64,000 bases of DNA from contig DAOUER010000075.1 of the NCBI GenBank assembly GCA_034430375.1, positions 2,027 to 66,026 of the forward strand, in the 5' to 3' direction. The notes under the pieces are model-generated. The model saw only the letters and a program-made list of their open reading frames with translations, was not told where the DNA came from and searched no databases. The first letter of the stretch is position 1; the number at the start of each line of letters is the position of its first letter. This DNA comes from Dehalococcoidales bacterium (GTDB lineage: Bacteria; Chloroflexota; Dehalococcoidia; Dehalococcoidales; RBG-16-60-22). The position numbers and the translations under genes are program-made. This document shows, one piece after another, positions 7,185-19,365 of the stretch.

Positions 7185-9851
7185 ATGACACAAACCCCCG
7201 ATAGCGGAGAGATGCCCAAGGCCTACGAGCCGGGCAATACCGAGAGTAAATGGTATGACTTCTGGATGGAGAAGGGCTATTTTACGCCGCAAATAGTCCC
7301 CGGAAAACAACCTTTCGTTATCATCCACCCGCCCACCAATATCACCGGCGATATGCACCTGGGCACCGCTATCACCGCTACACTGGAAGACATCATGATA
7401 CGTTGGCACCGTATGCTCGGGGAACCCACTCTCTGGCTGCCCGGGATCGACCACGCCGGTATCGCCACCCAGGTAGTGGTTGAAAGGGAACTGACTAAAG
7501 AAGGCATCGACCGCTATGAACTGGGGCGCGAGAAATTCCTGGAAAAGGTATGGGAATGGGCCGATAAATACCGCGGAAATATCATCGACCAGCATAAAAG
7601 ACTGGGGGCTTCTCTCGATTGGTCGCGCCTCTGCTTCACCATGGACGAAGGACCGAGCAAAGCAGTGCGTACGGTTTTTACCAATCTTTATAAAAAGGGG
7701 TTAATTTACCGGGGAGAGCGGATTATCAACTGGTGTCCGCGGTGCGTCACCGCCATTTCCGACCTGGAGGTGGACCATATTGATACCAACGGGCATCTCT
7801 GGTACGTCAATTATCCCTTGGTAGATAACAAGAAGAAGTCTATCACCGTGGCCACCACGCGCCCGGAAACGATAGTCGGGGATACGGCGGTAGCCGTTAA
7901 TCCCAACGATATCCGCTTTAAAAAGCTCATCGGCAAGAAGGTATTATTACCCGCCGTCAACCGCGAGATACCCGTCGTCGCCGATGAAGCGGTGGACATG
8001 GAATTCGGCACCGGCGCGGTGAAAATCACCCCCGCCCACGACCCCGTCGACTTTGACGTGGCCCAACGACAGGGCTTGTCTTTGATAAACATCCTTCATG
8101 CCGACGCCACCATGAACGAGAACGCCGGACCTTACGACGGTATGGACCGGTTTGAGGCCCGTGAGGCGATTATAGCCGACCTGGAAAAGAGCGGACAGCT
8201 GGTGAAAACCGAGGAATACAGTCACGCCGTGGGACACTGCCAGCGCTGCCATACCATGGTAGAACCGCTGGCCAGCCTGCAATGGTTCGTGAAAATGAAG
8301 CCCCTGGCGGAGCCGGCGATTGCCGCTGTCAGAGATAGGCAGGTTAAAATCATCCCCGAAAGATTTTCCAAGGTCTACTTCAACTGGATGGAAAACATCA
8401 GGGACTGGTGCATCAGCCGCCAGCTGTGGTGGGGACACCGCATTCCCGTCTGGTACTGCCATGACTGCGATGAAATAACGGTAGCCATTGAGACGCCGAC
8501 TAAATGCTCCAAATGCCAGTCAGCCAATATCGAGCAGGACCCGGACGTGCTGGACACGTGGTTCAGCTCGGCGTTATGGCCCTTCACCACGCTGGGCTGG
8601 CCCGGTGATACACAAGACCTGCGCTACTTTTATCCGACCACCGTCATGGAAACCGGTTACGATATCCTCTTCTTCTGGGTAGCCCGGATGATTATGATGG
8701 GCATCGAGCATACCGGGGACATCCCCTTTCACACCGTCTATCTGCACGGCCTGATACGGGACGAAAGGGGCGTCAAGATGACCAAGACCAAGGGCAACGT
8801 CATCAACCCGGTAATCGTCATCGAGAACTTCGGCACCGACGCCCTGCGTTTCGCCCTGCTGATGAGTACGTCCCCGGGCAACGACAGCAAGCTGTCCGAC
8901 GCCAAGCTGGAAGCCGGCCGGAACTTCGCCAACAAGCTATGGAACGCCACGCGGTTTGTGCTGCGTAACCTGGAATCCAGAGAAAAAGTCGATAGTGATA
9001 TCGACCGGAAGCGATTGCCGGTCGAGGACCACTGGATACTTTCACGATTGAACCGCACCATTGAGAGCGTGACGCGGCTCATGGAAGAGTTCCAGTTCGG
9101 CGAGGCCGAAAGGCAGGTGCATGACTTCCTCTGGGGAGAATACTGCGACTGGTATATCGAGCTGGCCAAGATAAGATTACAGTCGAACGACAGATCACCC
9201 CTGCCGGTGCTGCTACACGTACTGGAAAAATCCTTGCGACTCCTCCATCCCTTCATGCCCTTTATCACCGAAGAGCTATGGCAAAACCTGAAAAAGCACC
9301 TGGACTGGCTTGATACCGAATCCATCATGGTGGCGCCCTACCCACAGGCCGACCAGGCATTGATAGATACCGGGGTCGAGGAAGAGATTAATACGCTCAT
9401 CGAGATTACCCATGCTATCCGTAACGTCCGGGCCCAGTACAAGGTAGAACCACAGCGGTGGATTGAAGCCGTTATTCATACCGACACCGCCGTCGGTCAA
9501 TCATTGCTACCCTACGCCGAAGCGGTCAAGACACTGGCACGGGCTAATCCGGTCAGCTTCAGGGAAGATGAGCCGGCGAGTGAAACCGATAGTAACACGC
9601 TGGTATTACCGTTAAACAAAGCGACGGTGGCTATCCCCATGAGCAGCATGGTGGATATCGAAGCCGAGAAACAACGCCTGCAAAAAGAGATTGACTACGT
9701 TCAGGCGGAAGTAACCCGACTGGAAACCAGGCTGCAGAACGAATCTTTCCTGACGAAAGCTCCGAAAGCGGTTATTGAAAAGGAAAACCAAAAACTCTAT
9801 ACTTTACATGATAGGCTGGAAAAGCTTGAACAGCAGAGTTCCAGGCTGTAG
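7185..9851 (+). CDS. valS: valine-tRNA ligase
   Basis: Class I HIGH (PPTNITGDMHLGT) and KMSKS-like (KMTKTKGN) motifs, plus a C-terminal coiled coil. Confidence 0.97.
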   Translation: MTQTPDSGEMPKAYEPGNTESKWYDFWMEKGYFTPQIVPGKQPFVIIHPPTNITGDMHLGTAITATLEDIMIRWHRMLGEPTLWLPGIDHAGIATQVVVERELTKEGIDRYELGREKFLEKVWEWADKYRGNIIDQHKRLGASLDWSRLCFTMDEGPSKAVRTVFTNLYKKGLIYRGERIINWCPRCVTAISDLEVDHIDTNGHLWYVNYPLVDNKKKSITVATTRPETIVGDTAVAVNPNDIRFKKLIGKKVLLPAVNREIPVVADEAVDMEFGTGAVKITPAHDPVDFDVAQRQGLSLINILHADATMNENAGPYDGMDRFEAREAIIADLEKSGQLVKTEEYSHAVGHCQRCHTMVEPLASLQWFVKMKPLAEPAIAAVRDRQVKIIPERFSKVYFNWMENIRDWCISRQLWWGHRIPVWYCHDCDEITVAIETPTKCSKCQSANIEQDPDVLDTWFSSALWPFTTLGWPGDTQDLRYFYPTTVMETGYDILFFWVARMIMMGIEHTGDIPFHTVYLHGLIRDERGVKMTKTKGNVINPVIVIENFGTDALRFALLMSTSPGNDSKLSDAKLEAGRNFANKLWNATRFVLRNLESREKVDSDIDRKRLPVEDHWILSRLNRTIESVTRLMEEFQFGEAERQVHDFLWGEYCDWYIELAKIRLQSNDRSPLPVLLHVLEKSLRLLHPFMPFITEELWQNLKKHLDWLDTESIMVAPYPQADQALIDTGVEEEINTLIEITHAIRNVRAQYKVEPQRWIEAVIHTDTAVGQSLLPYAEAVKTLARANPVSFREDEPASETDSNTLVLPLNKATVAIPMSSMVDIEAEKQRLQKEIDYVQAEVTRLETRLQNESFLTKAPKAVIEKENQKLYTLHDRLEKLEQQSSRL

Positions 9852-9862
9852 GAGGTAAGGGA

Positions 9863-10339
9863 ATGTTTAAGCACGTACTGGTACCCCTGGACGGCTCCAA
9901 AGTCGGTGAGGCGGCCTTGCCGGTTGTCGACCGGCTTTGCGACAAGCTGGCATCCGGAACCAAAGTGGAAATAACCCTGCTCGGGGTAATCACCCTAGTC
10001 CGGCACTGGGTAGTGGTGGGTGAAGCCAGTGCCCCGGTCTCCTATACTGAAGATGAGATGGACCTCATCAAGCAACGCGTCATGAATTACCTTGAGAAGA
10101 CATCCAAATCGGTGATTTGTAAAGGAGTTTCGGTCAATTTTCTCGTCAAGACCGGGAATGCCGCCGACGAGATACTGAAAACAACCGAAGAGATAAACGC
10201 CGATTTGATAGCCATGTCGACGCACGGACGTTCCGGACTCCGCCGCCTGGCCTTCGGCAGTATCACCGATAAGATCCTGCACGGGGCCAGTGTGCCGGTA
10301 CTTATGGTGAGGGCTGCGGAAGGAACCCTTAACGAATAG
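9863..10339 (+). CDS. universal stress protein (UspA family)
   Basis: MFKHVLVPLDGS...MSTHGRSG...GSITDKILHGASVPVLMV. Confidence 0.85.
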   Translation: MFKHVLVPLDGSKVGEAALPVVDRLCDKLASGTKVEITLLGVITLVRHWVVVGEASAPVSYTEDEMDLIKQRVMNYLEKTSKSVICKGVSVNFLVKTGNAADEILKTTEEINADLIAMSTHGRSGLRRLAFGSITDKILHGASVPVLMVRAAEGTLNE

Positions 10340-10353
10340 CAGCCGGCCGCGGT

Positions 10354-11118
10354 TCAGTCGTCGTTTTCCGGTGATACCCGGGTGGATAACACCCTGAAAA
10401 TTCCCCGGCGTCCCCAGTGGGCTTGCAGATAACGAAGAGCCTTGCTGGTATCGCTGGCAATCCTGGCTTTCTCGCAACGCTTCAGCCGGTACTTAAAGAG
10501 CCAGTAGATAAACTCTTTCAACTCGGCCAGGCTGATATTTTTCCGGTGGGAAATCTTTTTCTCACGGCGGAACTCTTTCAATAATGATTCACGGGTTTCG
10601 GTGTATACCCTCAGGAAGGCTTCATCGGTAGCGTCGGCGTGGGTGCGAAAGCCCCGAAGCCGCCTTTCCTTTTCTATTTCTTCCTGCACGGCCAGATGGA
10701 TACCTTCCTCAACGGTTACGCCGTAAAAATAGTTCAGATACTGGCCGTACTTACGGCTGCCGATGAGCTTTTTTACTTCCTGAGGATCCAGCTCCAGGGG
10801 CGGGATGCCGTAAAAAAGCAGGTCGTTCCGTTCTTTTTCCGGTATAACGCAGTCCACCGCGCCGCAAAGGCGTTCGGCCAGCAGCAGCCAGTCGAAGGCT
10901 TCGCCGTCAATAAGGTAGTTATAGATGCGTTCGTCACGTTCTTCACGGGCACTCGTCCAGCGTCCCATGGAACCCAGCAAGGCGATATACCAGTGCTCAC
11001 CGGCGTTAACAGAATCGCGGAAATACCGGATGGCATCGGCATCGCCGGCATTAGCGGCATCGGTGGCAACCAGTTCGGTATACGGTTCTTCCATCGGATA
11101 GTTAGCGCCCGCGGACAC
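10354..11118 (-). CDS. hypothetical protein (254 aa; alternative ATG start at 11094)
   Basis: Long ORF in an operon position downstream of secA and the HhH ORF. No family recognised. Confidence 0.6.
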   Translation of the reverse strand: MSAGANYPMEEPYTELVATDAANAGDADAIRYFRDSVNAGEHWYIALLGSMGRWTSAREERDERIYNYLIDGEAFDWLLLAERLCGAVDCVIPEKERNDLLFYGIPPLELDPQEVKKLIGSRKYGQYLNYFYGVTVEEGIHLAVQEEIEKERRLRGFRTHADATDEAFLRVYTETRESLLKEFRREKKISHRKNISLAELKEFIYWLFKYRLKRCEKARIASDTSKALRYLQAHWGRRGIFRVLSTRVSPENDD

Positions 11119-11187
11119 GGGAAGATGCGGGTAATTCCTTCTTCAGTTTCTCGTAGTATTCCAGCCGGCCGGTCCGGACCAGCTCGG

Positions 11188-11417
11188 TTATTTTTTGGTA
11201 ATGGCTTCCCCGGCGCCGGGAATCTCGTTAATCCGGTTCTCAGCAACGAGTTTGGCAACGGGTTCGGTCAGTTCCGTAATTGAGCTGGCTACTTTCCGGT
11301 AAGCCCTGATTTTGAAGATGTTGTCCTTCTTTAGTTCCAGTCGCCGGGCGATATCTTCAAAGATGGTGGCAATTTCAGGATTGGTCATTGTTGGATGAGC
11401 GTCAGCAGCGTCCATGG

Positions 11418-11421
<4 letters not shown>
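11188..11421 (-). CDS. PolX-like 8-kDa helix-hairpin-helix domain mini-protein, apparently interrupted at an A6 run
   Basis: [32 protein letters not shown]...[11 protein letters not shown] matches the DNA polymerase X N-terminal domain. The ATG at 11421 overlaps the secA TGA (ATGA). The expected continuation is in another frame (see findings). Confidence 0.6.
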
Positions 11422-14049
<2,628 letters not shown>

Positions 14050-14057
<8 letters not shown>

Positions 14058-14280
14058 TATTTTCACTCCGGATTAATGATTTAGCTTCCTCAGCCATAGA
14101 TTCCAGCACCATGACCTTGAACTCACCCATGCCGTCGACGGTGAACAAATGAACCGAGGGAGCGGCGTTCGACTTCAGGAAACAGGGTATATCATAGCTT
14201 TCCAGCAGTCCTTTAATCACCTGCGCCTCCATTTCATTGGGGGCTTTGTATATTTCCACCATCTTGTCTTTATTATTCAA
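14050..14280 (-). CDS. DUF2007-like small protein (putative signal-transducing protein fold)
   Basis: 76 aa ORF overlapping both the prs stop and the secA start. ...EAQVIKGLLESYDIPCFLK... resembles DUF2007. Confidence 0.65.
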
Positions 14281-15214
14281 ACATGGCTCCTACCGACTGG
14301 CCGGTGTGGATACGTTTGATAGCCTCACCCAGGATAGGCGCGATTGAGAGCACGGTAACCTTGTCTTTCAGCTTGCCGTCATTAACCGGGACAGTATTGG
14401 TAACAACAACTTCTTCCAGCTTACTAGAAGCAATTCTCTGTACCGCCGGGTTGGAAAAAATGGGGTGGGTACAACAAGCATATACTTTTTTGGCCCCCCG
14501 CGCTATGAGTGTATCGGTTACTCCCATCATGGAGCCGGCGGTATCAATTTCATCATCTACGATGATAGCCACCCTATTCTCAACCTCACCGATGACGTTA
14601 AGCGTCTCGGTGCGGTCATCATTTCCAAGTCTCCTTTTTTCCATAATAGCTAAGGGGGCATTGAGCTTGGTAGCCAAATCTCGGGCACGCTTGGTAGCGC
14701 CGATGTCAGCGGCGACCGCCACAACATCACCGTAATCAGCCATACTAAAATAATCGCCGATGAGATAAACGGCAGTGAGTTCATCGACTGGTATATTAAA
14801 AAAACCCTGAATCTGGGCGGCATGTAAATCAACCGTAAGAATACGGTTGGCACCGGATACGGTGAGTAGGTCAGCCACCAGCCTGGCCGTTATGGGCACG
14901 CGGGGCTGGTTTTTCCTGTCGGAACGACCGTAGGCATAATACGGAATGACCGCGGTAATCCGGCTGGCGGAAGCGCGTTTCATGGCATCTATCATAATGA
15001 GCAGTTCCATTAAATTACTGTTAACCGGGGGGCAAATAGGCTGAACGATAAAAGCGTCCCTTTCACGGACGTTTTCCAGGATGCGAACAAAGGTGTTTTC
15101 ATTACTGAACTGAAATACTTCACATTTTCCCAGTGATATCCCCAGATAATCGGTTATTTCTTTCGCCAGCTTGGGGTGGGCATTTCCGGTAAATACCCTC
15201 AATTCTTCCATCAT
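14273..15214 (-). CDS. prs: ribose-phosphate pyrophosphokinase
   Basis: PRPP synthetase motifs (VIPYYAYGRSDRK; IVDDEIDTAGS). Confidence 0.95.
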   Translation of the reverse strand: MMEELRVFTGNAHPKLAKEITDYLGISLGKCEVFQFSNENTFVRILENVRERDAFIVQPICPPVNSNLMELLIMIDAMKRASASRITAVIPYYAYGRSDRKNQPRVPITARLVADLLTVSGANRILTVDLHAAQIQGFFNIPVDELTAVYLIGDYFSMADYGDVVAVAADIGATKRARDLATKLNAPLAIMEKRRLGNDDRTETLNVIGEVENRVAIIVDDEIDTAGSMMGVTDTLIARGAKKVYACCTHPIFSNPAVQRIASSKLEEVVVTNTVPVNDGKLKDKVTVLSIAPILGEAIKRIHTGQSVGAMFE

Positions 15215-15261
15215 TCATCTCCTTCTTACAGCATTTACTTTCCGCACCTATATTATAGCAC

Positions 15262-15270
15262 GATTTTGTG
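15262..15270 (-). promoter_or_regulatory. candidate extended -10 (TGcTATAAT) for prs
   Basis: Minus strand reads cgTGcTATAATatagg about 45 nt upstream of the prs ATG. The -35 is weak. Confidence 0.35.
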
Positions 15271-15349
15271 TCTGGCTCATCCCTTTCGTTCTTTTAACTA
15301 CACCATAAATTGTGGGTAAAAACGCTGCAAAAATAAAGTTTGACAAAAC

Positions 15350-15377
15350 TATTCAAACGAGTATAATTGATTTGCTT
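15350..15377 (+). promoter_or_regulatory. near-consensus sigma-70 promoter (TTGACA-16 nt-TATAAT)
   Basis: TTGACA at 15350-15355 and TATAAT at 15372-15377, about 135 nt upstream of the 15512 ATG. Confidence 0.55.
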
Positions 15378-15511
15378 GAATAAACAACTGAATAAATCCG
15401 GTGGTGTTGCGAGATGTTCCGGGGAAATAATAAGGACACCAGTACTCGTTAATTAATGGCGGTTACCGGTGCCTTTTAATTGGGGTAATTAATGAACAGG
15501 AGGAATGAACG

Positions 15512-16678
15512 ATGAACACGGAAGAGAAAGGAATTAATTTCACTAGAAACCACCTGATTATTGCCGGCATCGCCGGAGTAGCCATAATCTGTATTGTAGT
15601 ACTGAGTATCCTGACGTACGTTAAAACCGTTTCCGACGAAAATACTATAAATACGCTCCGGGACCAGTTGGTCGCCTTACAAAGCCAGCTATCAAGCGCC
15701 AGGACCGAACTGAATTCATTAGAGGGCCAGGTTGCTGTCGCCGATGCAAAAATAACCACTTTAACCAGTAAGGAGACTGCGGATATCTCATCGCTGCAAA
15801 ACGAACTATCATCAGCAGCCGATGATATATCCTCCCTAACCACCCAGCTAGGTAGCGTTTTATCCCAGGTTTCCGGCCTGCAGACTACGGTATCCTCCGA
15901 CAGTAGCCAAATTTCATCAATACAGGCACAATTATCCTCAATCAACAACCAATTAACCAGCCTGGGAAATACAACGACATCACTGCAGAATACCCTGACC
16001 TCGCTACAAAACACGGTGGATTCGTTGGTCACCCGGGTAAACGCTCTGACCGCAGCGGCGACAAACCCGATTGCACTGTTTTCATCACAGGCCGTTTCAC
16101 AGGCTTTCGGTACTCAAACCCTGCTGTATACCTTTACGCCGACTTCCAGCGGCTATATTTATATCACCGGCACCAGCAGCTCTACGACGGGATACATCAG
16201 GGTAACCAATAACACCACGAGCACCTACGCCGATTATGCTTTCGGCACCGGCACCACCGTTACCGCTCCGGTCACGGCCGGGTATAATTATTCCATAAGG
16301 TTCGGGAATACAGAGGTTGCCGGGACGGTTACCGCCACCCTGAACGCCGTATTTTATCCTTCCTCTTCCCCGGGAACCAGTTCAACTACCCTGTTTAACT
16401 CGCTGGCTTTTTCACAGGCCTTTAGTACTCAAACCCTGCTGTATACCTTTGCGCCCCCCTCCAGCGGCTATGTCTACATAAGCGGGACCAGCAGCTCAAC
16501 GACGGGATACATCAGGGTAACCAATAACACCTTGAGTATTTCCAACGTTTACGCTTTCGGCACCGGTACCACCATTACCGCTCCGGTCACGGCCGGATAC
16601 AGCTATTCCATAAGGTTCGGGAATTCGGAGGCTTCCGGGACGGTTACCGCCACTTTGACGGGAATCTATTATCATTAG
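15512..16678 (+). CDS. N-terminally membrane-anchored coiled-coil protein with a tandemly duplicated Ser/Thr/Gly-rich C-terminal domain (candidate surface protein)
   Basis: TM helix at aa 15-35. Repetitive SxLQN/QLxS coiled-coil region. Two roughly 95 aa repeats at 16076-16360 and 16391-16675. Confidence 0.75.
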   Translation: MNTEEKGINFTRNHLIIAGIAGVAIICIVVLSILTYVKTVSDENTINTLRDQLVALQSQLSSARTELNSLEGQVAVADAKITTLTSKETADISSLQNELSSAADDISSLTTQLGSVLSQVSGLQTTVSSDSSQISSIQAQLSSINNQLTSLGNTTTSLQNTLTSLQNTVDSLVTRVNALTAAATNPIALFSSQAVSQAFGTQTLLYTFTPTSSGYIYITGTSSSTTGYIRVTNNTTSTYADYAFGTGTTVTAPVTAGYNYSIRFGNTEVAGTVTATLNAVFYPSSSPGTSSTTLFNSLAFSQAFSTQTLLYTFAPPSSGYVYISGTSSSTTGYIRVTNNTLSISNVYAFGTGTTITAPVTAGYSYSIRFGNSEASGTVTATLTGIYYH

Positions 16679-16709
16679 CGTTAACGGTAAGAACAAAGAG
16701 ACTGTCCGC

Positions 16710-17642
16710 CTAGGGCGGACACTTGGCGCAGAAGGAGCGGAAGAGGGTGGTGCTGAGATAGCGGTCGCCGCGGTCCGGGAGGATAACGACGATAGTACCC
16801 CGCTTCATGCCTTTAGCTATCCGTAAAGCCCCGGCAACGGCAGCGCCGCTGGACATGCCGACGAGGAGGCCTTCTTTTAAGGCCAGCTGCCGGGACATCT
16901 CGAAGGCTTCACCATCCTCGACGGTTATCTTGTCGTCGAGTGTCTTAGGGTGATATATCCTGGGCACGATGTTCTCGACCATGTTCTTAAGTCCCTGGAT
17001 GGTATGCCCTCCCGTAGGCTCAACGCCAACGACTTTAACGTCGGGTTTCTTTTCCTTGAGATACCGGCCGACTCCCATCAGGGTGCCGGTCGTCCCCATA
17101 CCGGCCACGAATACGTCTACCTCGCCGCCGGTCTGCTTCAGTATCTCGGGGCCGGTCGTTTCGTAGTGGGCCAGGACATTTGCATCATTTTCAAATTGAT
17201 TGGGCATATAATATTTTGACGGGTCGGATTTCACGGTCTGATGCGCCCGTTCGATAGCGCCATCGACACCGGCTCTGGCCGGGGTAAGAACGACATCAGC
17301 CCCGTAGGCCCGGAGTACCAGATGCCTCTCCGTACTGACGCATTCCGGCATAAAGAGTATGACATTATAACCCTTGGCGGCGCCGATCATAGCCATGGCA
17401 ATGCCCATATTCCCCGAAGTAGGTTCGACGATGGCCTTCTCCTTGGTAAGCACCCCGGATTTTTCCGCCTCATTAATCATGTAATAGGCCGGGCGGTCTT
17501 TAACCGAACCGCCGGGATTGGTTCCCTCTATCTTGGCGATAATCCTGACTCTATCATTACCGTTCAGGTGCGCCAGTTCCACCACCGGGGTGTTGCCGAT
17601 TATATTTAAAATATTACCGTTGCTATTTTTCATTAAACTCAC
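16710..17642 (-). CDS. cysK: cysteine synthase (O-acetylserine sulfhydrylase family, PLP-dependent)
   Basis: NPGGSVKDR PLP-lysine motif and GTTGT loop. Confidence 0.85.
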   Translation of the reverse strand: MSLMKNSNGNILNIIGNTPVVELAHLNGNDRVRIIAKIEGTNPGGSVKDRPAYYMINEAEKSGVLTKEKAIVEPTSGNMGIAMAMIGAAKGYNVILFMPECVSTERHLVLRAYGADVVLTPARAGVDGAIERAHQTVKSDPSKYYMPNQFENDANVLAHYETTGPEILKQTGGEVDVFVAGMGTTGTLMGVGRYLKEKKPDVKVVGVEPTGGHTIQGLKNMVENIVPRIYHPKTLDDKITVEDGEAFEMSRQLALKEGLLVGMSSGAAVAGALRIAKGMKRGTIVVILPDRGDRYLSTTLFRSFCAKCPP

Positions 17643-17656
17643 CTAATAATAAAGTA

Positions 17657-18901
17657 TCAGTCATCAATTCCCGGCACCGGGAAGGCGGTACACATGCAGG
17701 CCACGTCCTTTTTAACCGTAGCCAGTACTGCCTCGTCGTCGGGGCTTGCCAATACTTTCACGATAAGCCCGGCTATTTGCTTCATTTCTTCTTTACCGAA
17801 GCCGCGCGTCGTTACGGCAGGAGTACCCAGCCGAATACCGCTGGTAATCAGGGGCGGGCGGGTATCAAAGGGGATGGAATTCATATTGGTAACGATTCCG
17901 GCAGCCTCAAGAGCCAGTCTGGCCTGGGCGCCGGTTATCTCTTTATCGGTAAGGTCTACCAGTATCAAATGGTTGTCCGTGCCGCCTGAGACAAGACGGA
18001 GTCCCAGCCGCTGCAGTTCCACGGAAAGCGTAAAGGCATTCTCGATGATTTGCCGCTGGTAATCGGCGAATTCCGGTTTCATAGCCTCGTAGAAAGTTAC
18101 CGCCTTGGCCGCGACGACATGCATGAGGGGTTTGCCCTGCATATGGGGAAAAACGGCGCTATCGACGGCTCCGGCCAGCTCGGCGCGGCATAGTATGAAT
18201 CCGCCGCTGGTGCCGCGTAGAGATTTATGGGCGGTGGAGGTAACGATATCCGCGTAATATACCGGTGTGGGATGAACGCCACCGGCCACCATGCCGGCGA
18301 TATGCGCCATATCAACCATCAACTTTGCCCCTACAGAGTCAGCGATATGGCGGAACCGTTCGAAGTCAATCACCCGGGGATAAGCGGTGGCCCCGGCGAT
18401 AATCAGCCTAGGCCGGTGTTCTTTAGCCAGCTTTTCCAGCACCGGATAGTCGATACGCTCGGTTTCACGGTTCACCCCGTACGGTACGAAATTATAGGAC
18501 TTGCCGGAAAAGGTAACCGGCGAGCCGTGGGTGAGGTGCCCGCCGTGGGCCAGGTCCATAGCCATGACCGTATCGCCGTATTTCAGCAGGGCGAAATAGG
18601 CCGCCATATTGGCCTGCGAACCGCTGTGGGGTTGGACATTAGCATGGTCGGCGTGAAAAAGCTCTTTAGCACGCTCCACGGCCAGATTTTCTATTTCATC
18701 TACATTTTCACAGCCGCCGTAGTAGCGCCGGCCGGGGTAACCCTCGGCGTACTTGTAGGTGAGGTACGAACCCTGCGCCTCCAGTACCGCCCGGCTGACA
18801 TAGTTTTCCGAGGCGATGAGGTTTATGGTCCGGCGCTGGCGTTCTTTGTCAGCCTCAATTATGCGGTTCAGTTCAGGGTCGGTCCGGCTTAAATAATCCA
18901 T
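17657..18901 (-). CDS. glyA: serine hydroxymethyltransferase
   Basis: SHMT motifs ([12 protein letters not shown]-type PLP lysine: [16 protein letters not shown]). Confidence 0.97.
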   Translation of the reverse strand: MDYLSRTDPELNRIIEADKERQRRTINLIASENYVSRAVLEAQGSYLTYKYAEGYPGRRYYGGCENVDEIENLAVERAKELFHADHANVQPHSGSQANMAAYFALLKYGDTVMAMDLAHGGHLTHGSPVTFSGKSYNFVPYGVNRETERIDYPVLEKLAKEHRPRLIIAGATAYPRVIDFERFRHIADSVGAKLMVDMAHIAGMVAGGVHPTPVYYADIVTSTAHKSLRGTSGGFILCRAELAGAVDSAVFPHMQGKPLMHVVAAKAVTFYEAMKPEFADYQRQIIENAFTLSVELQRLGLRLVSGGTDNHLILVDLTDKEITGAQARLALEAAGIVTNMNSIPFDTRPPLITSGIRLGTPAVTTRGFGKEEMKQIAGLIVKVLASPDDEAVLATVKKDVACMCTAFPVPGIDD

Positions 18902-18987
18902 TAATATAAGTCTCCTCAGGACGGGAGTAATAGCTTTAAATAGTCTACAACCAGGACTGTAATAGTGTCAATTTGGGATTATTTACC

Positions 18988-19066
18988 TCGCCCCCTTTTC
19001 CCCCCTCCCCAAAAGGATTTTTTCCCACCCACCCTTTTAATGAAAAGAGGGGCTTCGCCCCTCTTA
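18988..19066. repeat. C-tract/G-tract repeat module (inverted orientation) plus AAGAGGGGC-TTC-GCCCCTCTT hairpin
   Basis: The reverse complement of 18988-19033 resembles 6004-6050 and 57491-57536. The 9 bp hairpin at 19045-19065 resembles 57342-57364. Confidence 0.6.
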
Positions 19067-19178
19067 AACACCCGCGATAATCAAGGCCGGGCATATTCGG
19101 CAACAATCCTTCGGCGTTGGGAAAAGACGGGGCATATCAACGGCTGCAGTCAGGATGAAAGGAGGACGGCTATAAAGG

Positions 19179-19207
19179 CTTGACAAACAAACATCTCATT
19201 CTTATAA
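19179..19207 (+). promoter_or_regulatory. consensus sigma-70 promoter (TTGACA-17 nt-TATAAT) for pyrG
   Basis: TTGACA at 19179-19184 and TATAAT at 19202-19207, about 160 nt upstream of the pyrG ATG. Confidence 0.55.
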
Positions 19208-19365
19208 TTAAAAGAAACCCCCACTTCTTTCAAGAGTCATTTCTTATTAATAGTGCAAATAGTATAACACGAGGCACTTGTGACAGAATTCCGGACCAAT
19301 ATCCAGGTGAATTTCCTATAGTATAACTGGAAATATTCCAGATTATATAAAGTTGGTTCAAGTAT

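Noticed and set aside
16704-16720. The GTCCGCC-TAG-GGCGGAC hairpin between the surface-protein gene and cysK, as a terminator.
   Set aside because: The 7 bp stem overlaps the last cysK codons and has no U-tract on either strand. Too weak to call.
18965-19183. A 72 aa ORF in the glyA-pyrG intergenic region.
   Set aside because: It is a translation through the C-tract/G-tract repeat and hairpin (…PPPQKDFFPPTLLMKRGASPLL…). It has no SD and overlaps the consensus pyrG promoter. Spurious.
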